The position numbers and the translations under genes are program-made. Below the pieces are notes generated by a model, which was not told where the DNA came from, made no database searches, and saw nothing but the letters and a program-made list of their open reading frames with translations. This document shows, in pieces, positions 30,614 through 43,320 of a stretch of DNA of 64,000 nucleotides (position 1 is the stretch's first letter; the number at the start of each line of letters is the position of its first letter). This DNA is from Schmidtea polychroa (Eukaryota), in NCBI GenBank assembly GCA_044892525.1, contig CM097885.1, positions 47,245,727-47,309,726 on the forward strand, in the 5' to 3' direction.

Positions 30614-31487
30614 TCTAATAAATATGTAATTAACAATTATTTTTTAGAAATTATTAATATTATTTCATTAACATTTAAGAAACGAATAAAGTAAGTCAAT
30701 TAAATAAAAGGTTTTGCACATGTATTAAATCCATTTTAAGATTAAATTTATTTGACACAAATATAAACATGATGGAAATTTTGGCAAGTAGAATTTGTAA
30801 AAGTATTTAACCAAAATATGAAACAAAACTAAAATAATATAATTAAATAAAAAAACAAAATTTTAAAAAGTAAAACAGTAATTACATAAATTTCCTGTTA
30901 CTCAAACATTTTAGACTTCTTTAAAATATGATTTAAATTTTAGTTTTATTTCAGATTTCTTGTTAATAAATTTAGAATTTTCTTCCAGACGAGTCTTTTC
31001 AATTATGAGATTTTGCAGTTTTGAAATAAAATTGACAGAAATTACAAAGACAAAAATGTAACAGAGATTTATTCAAAATTTGAATACTTTAATTCGAAAG
31101 TTGACTTTTGTGACTCTTTTTTTTGTTAATATAAAGATAAAGGCTTAATTGACAAATTTGCCTTGCTAATAATTACGATTTAAAATGTTAACTTTGCTAT
31201 GGTTTTTACCGAGATCATAATTACAGTTTTGAAAATTAAAAAATTGTAAAATAAATAAATAAAAAAGTCAATAAAAGTATTAATTTAAAAGTTATATTTA
31301 AATGAAAAATTAATAAACACAAATTGACAATTAAAAATCTAATTTTTAATTATAAATAATTTTTATTTAATAACCATTATTTAATAATTATTAAAAATAT
31401 TATTATTAAAAATATTTTTTTATTTTACTTAATTGATTTATAATTATTATAATATACTTTATTTGTAATACTTAATTTTAATTACAT

Positions 31488-34190
31488 AGTGAGATTCCTA
31501 GCCCACATACCCTCCCTGAAGGTAATTTGAGTGCAAAACCATGTTACACAATAGGTCTTCATTTTAAGGTCAACTTTCAAGTTCAAGGTCCATGTAATGC
31601 CATTTCAGGGTCAAATTTCAAGGTCAATACTGATTTAAGCTCAAGGTCATATTACATAATAATTCATGGATGTATGTGATCAAGTACATTTTAAGGTCAA
31701 ATTTTAAGGTCAATGTCGATTAAAAGTCATTTTATAATGCCAAGAACTTTTCACTGGTTGTCGTAATACAGCTAATATTCCATGTATTATATGTACTTAA
31801 TTCATATTTAATAATATGGTGTAAGGCATATCCTCATAAATTATGAAAGATTATAGGTAAAATAAATCTTATTTGCCTAAAAAGATTATATTTAGAACAA
31901 ACCGGGTGATCTTTAACTGGTTTCCACAATTGTTTATTGCAAAGGTAGCAAATATTCGCCGAACGAAAATATCTTATCTGTGCAGAAGTTAGTATGTTTA
32001 TTTACTTTTTTGAATTGTTTTCAAAATAAGGCAAAACAATATTGACAGCAGTTTCATTAATTTCTTTCAAAAACTGTTCAAATATTTATTAATAATAAAC
32101 CAGAGGAAATAGGCAAGTGACGCTGAAAGTATTTATTGTCTTTGGGAAAAACAACTTCGAAATCAACATATAACGAAACAAGGAGTAACAATCTTGAACC
32201 AATCCTTAAATTCTAATTCCTTATCTGAAGGTAAAGTATACAATACTGTCCTTAACTGATTTTTGACACATAAAGCCTGATGTTTGTTAAAAGCATTTGC
32301 CAATCTAAACCCATTTAAACATTGATGACATCATGTACTTTGAATTATAACATTACTAATTGAAGAAACCTGACAGTTCAAGAGTGTATCAAGACGAGTG
32401 ACTGCTATGTAGTAGTAGGAATCATTCTCCTCTAACAAAATTAAATTAATCGAATTTCTACCTACAATGTATGATATCTCCAAAAGGATTTATCATTACA
32501 GGGACAATACATACATCATATGGTGTATTTGAATTTTTTTTTGAAATTTGTTTATACATATAATTAGCCATGCAAGGTAATGTTGACCACAAGTAGTTGT
32601 CAATGGATTTTGATACCGAATTTTATTGTAAACGATTGGTTTTCCTATTGTTTGTAGTTTTGAGACATCCAAATAGATCATAAACATGTATCTTGTTGGG
32701 TTTCACATAAACTGTGTTCCAATGTTCTCCACTAAGAGTAGACGTTTGAGTATTGTCGATTATGACTTCATTGACATTCAAATATTGCATTTTATCTAGA
32801 GTTTATACATCAACAAATTGATTTCATAATAGCCAAGTACCAATTCGATTAACCTGAATAGAACTAATTAAATAAAAATATTAAAAATTAAAAACTTACT
32901 CCATGATGTTTTGATTTTTGGTACATTTTTATTATGTTCATGCGAACATGATTCGATTTGCAGTAAGTTGCACTTTACTTTCAAATATTCTAATAAATTA
33001 TAACATGTATCAGTTTTTCAACTGCTTTAATAAACTTAATATCCAATCGTAAAATTTCATTTTGAGGTAGCTGACTTCGATTTGAATAGAAATCAGGTGC
33101 CAGGAAAATGTAAAGAATAGATATTTGGATTTAAAATTCATAAGAGATATTTCACAATTTAAATCTTTATCCAAATATTCCATATTTCTTATAATACTTT
33201 ACATATATGTGTATCCTGAGTATATGTTTCTCGATAATCGGTATTTTTTGACAATGATATTGAAGTAACATGGAAATGTTTGAATATTTGTTAATGATTT
33301 TCAAGTATTTTTGGATTGCGTGCACCATCAGCATTTTATCAAATGATTTTCTCAGTATCATCATTCAGGCTGAATATAATTAATAAATCTTTAATAATTT
33401 CCAAATTTTTAATGATGTGTGATCACATGATTTTTAAATATTTAAATAATTCTTCAAATTTTTAAATGTATAAATCCTTAGTAAACGTGAGTGTTTGTTC
33501 AACTTTATTATAAGACATAGATATTTTGATTTCTTCTTTCAAATAACAGTTTGTTTCAAATAAATCGAAACGTTTTAGGTATTCATTAACAACAATTTTT
33601 AGTTTACCACTTTCCATTCGTTTGACATCTTTAATATTTTAAAATATTTTTGTAAATGAACTAAAATCACCCATCCTTGTAAAACATGTGACAATGCGGA
33701 TCTAACATATGATTCGGAAGAGGATAATATCGATCAAAATTATTGATAATAAAACACCATATATGTCTCTGTTACATTCCTTTTATAATCTATCTTGCAT
33801 GGACTATAAATTGGAAATTTATTGTTCAAAAATGAAAAATCTTGCAAGCGACTTCCCAATTACCATGTAAATATATTGAATTTTGTAAATTGACCATATA
33901 TTTGCTGGTTTGATTGTCTGGGTGGATTTTTAGGAAACTATTGCTTTGTAAAATGGTATAAAAATTCATTTTACCAGATCTTTTGCTGATATTCATGACG
34001 TGTTTTAATATCCATGCCACTTGACGTAATATTGCTTATCCTTACCCACCTTCTTAGTTTTCATTATCGTTTGTATTCTAAATACTATAGGTGGTGGAAT
34101 AACTTTTAGTTCTTGTTCATAGAACTTACCACCAACTTCATTATTGTCACAATTTCTAATGACATACATGACCAGATTTTGAGTGTTGAT
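31488..34190 (-). mobile_element. Heavily deleted Polinton copy M inside the channel intron: integrase C-terminus/chromodomain, penton, capsid C-terminus, protease, pPolB fragment, probable terminus
   Basis: Manual translations: KFYEQELKVIPPPIVFRIQ..QYYVKWHGY (33990-34190); MNFYTILQSNS..GNWEVA (from 33969); LAPDF..LRLDIKF..VIIY (~32950-33110); QNPLTTTCGQH (32560-32904); CHQCLNGFRL..YVDFE..CYLC..VKDH..IFHNL*GY (~31800-32500). Gene order matches copy R. Confidence 0.9.
31564..31712 (+). promoter_or_regulatory. Cluster of (T)YAAGGTCA motifs in the putative Polinton terminal region
   Basis: TCAAGGTCA at 31618 and 31641; TTAAGGTCA at 31564, 31691 and 31704; variants at 31577, 31583 and 31605. All in one orientation. 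Confidence 0.6.
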
Positions 34191-36802
34191 TATTTATTTT
34201 ATTTTAATTGATATTTTATTTATTTTATATTAAAATTTATATAATTTAAAAATTTATCGAGTGAAACAAAAATACTAATGATTCAAAATGTAACTACTTT
34301 AATTTAAATTCTTTAAACATAACTTATGTTTTTAAAAGAAATTATGATAATAAATATTTATAAAAAGCAAAATTAATCTTTACAATAATAAAATGAATTA
34401 TACTTTAAGTAATATTAAAATTAAATTATTTTTTTAACTTATTAAAGTAAACAATGAGATTTATATAGTAATTACTATTTTCTTTAATCAGGCGGAAGTT
34501 CGACGTAATCGGAAGTAATTATATTATTCGTATTTTTCCTATTCAAATAATTTATACTATAAAATCAAAAATATTTCAATTATTAATAGAAAATTTTGTT
34601 AATAATAAACTAAAAATTTTTAATAACCGCAATTCTTATTATTCACTTGAAAAAGCCAGTGCCGGAAATTCTTGAATTTCAAAAACATCGATATATTTAC
34701 TGATTCATAGTCAAGCTTATTTAATAAATACAATGTCAATAGAAAAGAAATCAGTGGTGAAATTTGTAAAAAGTTCTTTTAAAATTATTATTAATATAAT
34801 TATTATTATCATTATTATCATCATCATAAATTTTTAATTCTTTCAATTCTTTTAGATATTTTGATTATTTTCTAATAAATAATGTTAACCATTATATTAA
34901 AGGAAGCAATGATTTGACATTAATAAGAGATATCACGACATTTCCGATGTCATCATGAAAATCTGAGAAATAGTTAAACATTATTTCAGTTTGACTTTTA
35001 CAATCATGTTTTAGTGAATAATGCAAAACGTAAAACATCATGTAATAAAATATATAATAATATTAACAAAATATAACTGAAAGCTGTTGTTAAAACGTAT
35101 TTCGTCTAAAGATGCCGCATTTTCATATTGAGATTTTTCACATTTATTGTTCTATTTATATTAACTACTAAATTGGATTATTTTAAATCCTTATCTATTA
35201 TATTAATAATATTATCTTTGATTTCCAACTTAAATGGGATTTAAAGTTTTCAAATAAAATAATTTAGTTTTCACAATTTCCATAATTTTTTTTTTCAATT
35301 AAAAATTGCTGTATTTCCGGCAAGCTTCTATAAATGTTAAATATTTTTTAAATACTATTTCTTATTTTATTAAAATTATACTTCATAGAATTATATTTAA
35401 TTCACCGATTTTATTCTGAACAAATAAAGCAATGTTTCTTGAGTCAATTATTCATCGAGTGAAATTTTTGTTTAATTGATTAAGATATCAACTTCACATT
35501 ATATTTGTGTAACCAGCCGTTGAAATTTATTGGGATAGATGTCGATTTAAAGATTTTTAGTGATTTGAAAAATATATTTTAATAGAAAACCTCATTGATG
35601 TAAAAAACAATAGCTAAGGAAAATCAAAAGTTATCGTAAATAATGTAAATTAACAGATGTTATGAACTTTTTATTCACTTTTATTTCTTTATTTCTACTA
35701 CTCTCATTTATGAATTTTCAAAAATTATATATTTATTCATGTAAGATGATATATTAATAATTCATAATAAACTAATTATATAAACCAGTTCATTATGATC
35801 ACGATGTTTGATGACTGATACCGAAATGTTTGTATGCACTGAAGTGAAATAAGTATGTATAATATCACATAAACTAGTGAACTGTTTTTTTCTAAATTAT
35901 TCAATTGGAAGTATTATAAAAAGTATTACAAATGCATTTTCCTGTTTGAATTATTTTAAATAAATATTAAATAACAATGTTTTCTTCTGGATAGTTTCAA
36001 CTGTTAAAGATGATGAACAGAATTTCAATTTTATATATCTTAAAAGGTTTTTGTAATGTTTTCAGTAATAAAGAAATTACTAGTAAATGAAAACTTAAAA
36101 AAATTATTTTTTATTTTCACAGTTGTCTAATTAAGAAGCTTATATAAGTATATAAAACTTTAAAATCTAATAAATATAGTAAATTTCTTTATAAAGGAAT
36201 ATGCAATTTAATTAATTTTAATTTAAAACTTTAATTTAAATTCTAATAAATATTATTATTTTTAATTTATTAAAAATAATTCTTTTAATATTTATTTATT
36301 TTAAATTTTCTGAAAAATTTTGAAATTGGAGAGCATAATTACCAATAAAAATCAAACTCTAATTTAATTAATGATTAGAAAGAAAAAAATATTTTATTCA
36401 ATTATTTAAATACTTCAAAACTAAAAATAATCAGAGATATTGCTCTCAATTTTCATTGAATATATATTTGCCAGTTTGCTTGCATTTGGAAAGAAAATTT
36501 TAATTTAATCAAATTAATTTATTGAAAATCAAGTATTGATGGAATTTATTTGAAGTTTTTCATTTTATTTGGGTCATATTTGACAGTATCATATTTCTTT
36601 ATTTTGATAACTTCCCTTGAATGATGTTAGAAATACTTTATAAGTGTTAAACAAACTAAATCTGGATAAAATATTTCCTCAATATCTGGACTTTGGATAA
36701 AATTTACAGATTCATACATAATAAAATCTTCTTAATTTGGTGTTAGATTGATTCACCTGTGCAAATATTTTGAAAAGGTAAAATAATGATAAAATTATAT
36801 TC

Positions 36803-36969
<167 letters not shown>

Positions 36970-39900
36970 AGATATTAAGTTACAACATTAACTAAATTCT
37001 AGTGGAACATTCAGTTGTAATAATATTTATAATAATTTTAATTACTTAATCTACAGAAGGGAGTATTATTAGTTTAATAGATATCTTTGACACTAATTAC
37101 TTACAAACTTGCTTCATTTCATTGCACACACAAACATTGGGGTCATAGTGACTTTGTTATATAATCGAATTATTTTTAATTATTATCTAAACTTATAATT
37201 ATAATTTTTATTATTAATATTATTAATCTAAAAAATTTTGAATCCTAATGAAATAATAAATATTTTGCTCCTTTTCTGTTTCTTAGTATACCTTTTTACT
37301 TTCCTTTTCGCTTTAAATGTATTTTAAATTCTATTTGTTCAACTTTTATTTTAGATTTCATTTTGTTAAATAACGTTTTTGGGAAATAAATTTTCATTTA
37401 TGAATTAAATTAATATTTAAAAAATAAAGAAATAACTTTTTCTCAAAATATATCGATTTGTGGTCAAAAATAATAAATATTGAATTTCTTCTGTGGATTT
37501 AGAAAAAAAAACATTGAATATAAAATGAATATTTAAGAATTTTCTACGAAATAATCTTTCATACAAAAATAAAATAAATACACTAAGAATCTTTAAAAGA
37601 TAAATTTAAAACTATAATTATGTAATTAAAAATAAAATAATTAAATTAAGTCATTAATATGCAGTCAATAAATTTACACTATGTTTAGATGACTTTATAA
37701 AATACAAGAATTTGACTTTAAGTATACATATTGTTATTAAAAATTCATTAAAAAAATTAAATGTTTGCGTCATTTAATGTGACTGATTTAAACAAGTTAT
37801 TACAAGTTATCACTATTTACAAAAGTTAATTTGATCTTACAAAGTAATACGGAAAAGGAAATTCAAATTAAAATAATATCATTAGTAAAAAAGAAACATT
37901 TTACAGATTTGGAAAAGCATTTATATTTATAGTCACATTTTTAATATAGGATTAATTATCCACACTGCTACATAAATGAACTGTAAATTTTAACTCTTAT
38001 TCATTATTGGATCATTTGATTTTATCCAAAAAAATATTTTCTTATTTTTAAGATTTCAACTAAAAATGATTTTAATGTAGAGTCATCCTAAAAGTAATGT
38101 GAATGTTTTAATAATTTAAATTAAAGAAAACACATATGGGACATTGGGGATTTATGTGTCTTTTTCTAATTGAATGTGCAGTTTCCATCCTTTTTACATC
38201 GAAATCTTCAGAAACTTTGATTTAGAGTTCAATGTTTCTCTTGATATACTTCTGATATTCTCAGCGTTTGTTATCTCTTATTCTATCTAAATATATGTTG
38301 TAATTTTATTTAATTTTTGTGATACTCACTACTAAATTGAATTTCTAATCTCTATACCACTTAATTCTAATTGAGAATTAATGTTTCTTTTGTTTCCTCA
38401 TAAAATTGTACATTGCTGGCATTCGTTTATGGTAGCAGTTGGCTTTTTCCCGATTATTGTGATTGACTTTATTTTTAAAATGTTCTTTTATTATTGTATA
38501 AGTTGAATTTATTGTATTTAGCTGAAATTACGAAAATGCTATAACTTCGGTTTTGGTTTTCTGATAAGCTTAGACTTAGTGTATAGTTTGTTATATTACG
38601 AAGTGTTGAAACTAGTAATACTAATGATTTGTTCTGTCAAGTTTAATTTATTAAAAATGTGACTTTATTATCTAACGTCTAAATGCTAATCACTTGATAT
38701 TCAAAAGAAGATAGAAAATGTAAAATCTTTCTTTTTTATTTTTACCACTCTTCTATATGCAATTTCGAATTCCATTATTCTCAATTCGTTTCAAATTATT
38801 TATCAATCTTTTGTTTTATTTTTAACATGAATTTTCGAAATCTTTTCACTTGGTTAAAACAAAATATTGAATAATTAATATAAAATAGATTGAATGAAAA
38901 ATAGTTACTTGAAAATATACATTTAAAAAGAATTTATAAAATAGAAGTGGATGTTGGAAGAAGAATCAAGATATTAATAATTCTTGATAATATTATTTCA
39001 TACAACAAAAAAATAAGCGGTGCATAAAGAAAGATCTTTTTAATTTAATAATAAAAGTCACGCTCAGCTCCTTCATAAAATTCAATTTTCTATACGGTTT
39101 TTAAATTTTCAAAGGTTATATAAATAGCATAATTAGAACCAAACTGAAATGTTAACAGAGGGTCTGCACCTTGTTTGGTTAGAGTAAAGATTTGTAAGTT
39201 GTAGATGAAGAATGAATGTAAAATTTCAATAATAATTTTATTTATGAAAGAGATCCAAATAGCAGGCAAAGTAGAAATGTACAGAAAATTTAGAACTGCA
39301 CTTAATCAAGTTCTCTTTGACTGCAAGAATGCTTTTGGATAAATTGTTTCTTAATTGAATTATTATTATAAAGATTTTCTGGATATTATAAGGAATACTA
39401 CCCTAAAATATTTTAAAGAATTAATTATTAAAAAAATCAACTAAATTTAACTTAACAAAATTTAATTATAATATACTAAATGTAAATGTAAATATAAATT
39501 TCAAAATTTCAAAAAAAATTAACATTCTTACAAAATTGACATCTCCAAATCCTTTTATCTAAATAACTTTCAATATATTGTTTTAAAGTTCCATACACAA
39601 ATTAAAATTTTCTTTTTTATATATTTCCATTTTTATTTTTATTCTTTATTATTTGGAAATAGTATTATATTTAAAATATAAAGCTTATTTATTACATTAC
39701 TGCCTTCTTTAATTGAATATTTAATATTTTTTATTATTATTTAGGTTTTTGATACTTTAAATAATACTTTTGTTGTTGATTAAATTTTTCAACTAACAAA
39801 AATTATAACTTTATAATCTGAAAGTTTTCCACCACATCATTCAGTAAATTATCTTTACTCTGTAATATGTAAATTCATATTTGTTCGAATATTCTTTTTT

Positions 39901-40230
39901 CTGAAAATATTATTTTTGACAGCTGAAAATTAAAGTAATATATCTTATTATTCATATTAAAAATATTTTAAAGAAATATGAAAATGTCTAAATATATATT
40001 TTAAATTTATTCATCAATCCAAGATAATTTAGTAATAATATAGGAAGTTTCATTAATTTAATAAATATTTAATTGACGATTTGTTTATTGAACACTGTAA
40101 GACATGACATGTGAATCAACACATGTTTTACTTACAAAAGCATGTTGCTAACAAATTTCTATAAATGTTTATATTTAATAAATCACTTCCAATCAAGACA
40201 ATTAATAAACAAATAAGTTTCTTTCAATAA

Positions 40231-40355
<125 letters not shown>

Positions 40356-40980
40356 AGAAGAATTGTAATTAATTAATTGTAATTAAGCTTTCTAATAGAT
40401 AGTTATACGAGAAACGAATGCGTTGAGATAAAAGATTTCATACAATCGTATAAAAGTAAAACAAATAATAAATATTGAAATAATGTGAGATAAATTTAAT
40501 TAGAAAATTGAATTAACTTGCTTATCTTTCAGATAATTCACTATTCGAATTTTCCGTCATTGTAAATCTCTAAATTAATATTTATTTAATAAATTAATTG
40601 TTAATGAGTTTTATTTCGCTTCAATCAATATGCCACACCTGCAAATATTTTTTATTTTATTTTTAAATTTTAGATAAACTATTGTTAATATTAATAATAT
40701 ATAATTTATGAGCGATTCTCAGTCATTAATGCCTGTTTATATATAAAATATATTTGAATATTTTTATTGAATTTTGAAGTCATTTTTAACATTTTATCTT
40801 CAAAAAATTTAATTTAATTAATCAAATTTTTCTTTACTTTTACTTTATTCAATTTGGCTATTATTATTAGGAAATAATATCACATTTTTTCATTTAAACG
40901 ACTCTGCTGAGAAGTCAAAGAAATAGCTTTTGATTATTTTAAATTGCGAATTACTCTTTTATTATTGCTTTTGTTAAAAA

Positions 40981-41052
<72 letters not shown>

Positions 41053-42156
41053 CCTTTGTTGCAAATTTAATCTTAATTAGAATTTTAGAAAAATATTAAA
41101 GATTTTCGCATCTTTTATTTTATTAAATTATTTTTATTTATAATTCCCACTATTTATAATTTCCCACCTATTAAATTATTTTTATTTATAATTTCCCACT
41201 AAGCTTTGTTTAGGTTAATTTTTCAAAATTATATTTAATTAAAATTTAGTAAATTAATTTAAATAATACTTTTGATTTAAAAATCTTTGAAAACTTGAGT
41301 AAAATTAAAGTAATATTTATTATAACTATGAAAATTTATATATGAAATCTCTATATGAAATAACAATTACGTGACAATGGCAAAAATGGTCTAATTCATG
41401 AAAAACGCAAGCCCAATGAAGATTTCATCTATTCGTCACTATCTTGTATCTATTAACTATCAAAGTTACAGTTGAATAGGAAATTATTTTTTTCGTATTT
41501 TAATACATTTTTATCAATGGTAAATATACGTGTGTGTTGAATGTTTTTGATTAAGTTTTTGTATGTTGATGTATATTGAATAATAGTTATGTTAAATAAT
41601 TAAAAAAATAATTAAAATAATATTTTTAAAGAATTTTAAAAGTTTAAAATAATTGTTTGTTGAAAATTATTTTTAAAAATAATTATTTAAAACTGTTATT
41701 TATAATTTAAAACTTTATAGATTTTATAATTTGTTTATAAATTATCAATATTGTATAGTTATTCATCCGTCGTGAATGTAGGTAACCTGATGATGATAAT
41801 GATGCTATCGAAATATATAGTGAAAAAGAAATATGTACAAAGTAGAACAAATTTTTCCACGATTTCACGCTTTCGGCAATTTCATGCCCTCAATGTATTT
41901 ATAACATATTTATAATAACACATTATAATTATAAAAATATATTCTCTAAAATTATATAAAGTTCTTTTATAAGAGCAACAAAAACACTCCTTAATCCTTT
42001 TATAGTATTCTTTGTAAATATAATTTACAAAAGTTTCATTAAATTTTAGATATAGGTTTTTGTCTTTAAAAAATTTGCAAAGTCTCATTTAGTGATACGT
42101 TTGTTAATTTTTAAAATTGTTAAATCAAGGTGTTTATTTATTTTGTTTTAATTTAG

Positions 42157-43320
42157 ATGTCCTTCTTGAAAGGTAGTCAACGATCAGCTGTACAATGTCA
42201 ATCAGGAAATCCATACGGAACTTGGCGACAATTCACACATGCACAATATCTAAACTGTCATACCTTTGATATTTCACCGAAATTGCAAAATAATGTCACC
42301 ACCTTAGAAATGTTTCTTTACCTTGATGAAAATATGAACTCACACACTTGCATTGATTGTTTTCACGCGGAAATCAAATCACAGTTGTCAGGTGCCGTTA
42401 TTGCCGTTCACACCCCTGGAACGTTTCCAAACATTAATGGCAGAAGCATTAACGTAACTCCTGGTTCTTTGACTGAAATAACATTGCAAAATATATTAAA
42501 CATTCAAAAAGCACCACCATATGGAAGATGTTCACCGAAGACACCGAAAAACGTCTTTATGTATGGATACAATGTGTCATATTCAGAGTTTGCTTGTAGA
42601 CAAATTACGATCCAGAATGAAATCATAAAGAAATGTGGCTGCCGAGCGATAGAATATCCATTTGTGTCAACTAATATTCCTTTTTGTAGCAGTATGCCAA
42701 TATTTGTACCAAAACGAAATTGTGAAAATCCATCTGCAATAAATTCCAGTTGCATTAAACAAATGACAATAGCTCTTAATCGGATAAAGTGTAAAATATC
42801 TGTAATAAACCAGTATAACAAAGATGTAGTCGAATCATGTAGCCTACCTTGTTCTTTTCATTCATACGAAACTGACAGGTCTGTATCAACTTGGCCGACA
42901 AAACTATGGCAGTTGGAATGGTTAAAAAGTAAAGTCGCCAAATCTTTTGGAATGTTGAATCGAACTGAATTCCAACCATATCGAAAAATAATTGAAATGC
43001 AAAAAGTTGGCAAACAGAAAGAGGCCATGGAATTGTTGTATCAGACAAGTGTGCTGGAAAGAAATCTATTAGCATTATTAATTGATAGACCTAATTTCAA
43101 TCTTCACAAAGTTGAAGAGAAGGAAGTACTCTCATTAACAAGCTTTCTTAGTCAATCTGGCGGTTTGTTTAGTATTTGGTTAGGATTGACGATGATCAGT
43201 TTAGTTGAAGTTATAGAATTGCTTGTAAATTGTTGCGGTGGTGGAAGATCGCATAGAGACCCGAATTCAAAGCCTACTGGTGGAATAAGTTGTCCGCATG
43301 AGAGAAATTTCAAGTCATAA
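42157..43320 (+). CDS. DEG/ENaC cation channel, coding exon 2 (cysteine-rich ectodomain, TM2, C-terminus)
   Basis: YLNCHTF, PPYGRC, YSEFAC..KKCGC, CSLPC and TM2 FLSQSGGLFSIWLGLTMISLVEVIEL. Open 387 codons. AATAAA at 43403. Confidence 0.94.
   Translation: MSFLKGSQRSAVQCQSGNPYGTWRQFTHAQYLNCHTFDISPKLQNNVTTLEMFLYLDENMNSHTCIDCFHAEIKSQLSGAVIAVHTPGTFPNINGRSINVTPGSLTEITLQNILNIQKAPPYGRCSPKTPKNVFMYGYNVSYSEFACRQITIQNEIIKKCGCRAIEYPFVSTNIPFCSSMPIFVPKRNCENPSAINSSCIKQMTIALNRIKCKISVINQYNKDVVESCSLPCSFHSYETDRSVSTWPTKLWQLEWLKSKVAKSFGMLNRTEFQPYRKIIEMQKVGKQKEAMELLYQTSVLERNLLALLIDRPNFNLHKVEEKEVLSLTSFLSQSGGLFSIWLGLTMISLVEVIELLVNCCGGGRSHRDPNSKPTGGISCPHERNFKS

Noticed and set aside
42504..43075. Antisense ORFs over the channel exon (likewise 61415-61852, 63209-63611 and 53551-53763 over viral genes)
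   Set aside because: Shadows of the coding strand with no recognisable motifs.
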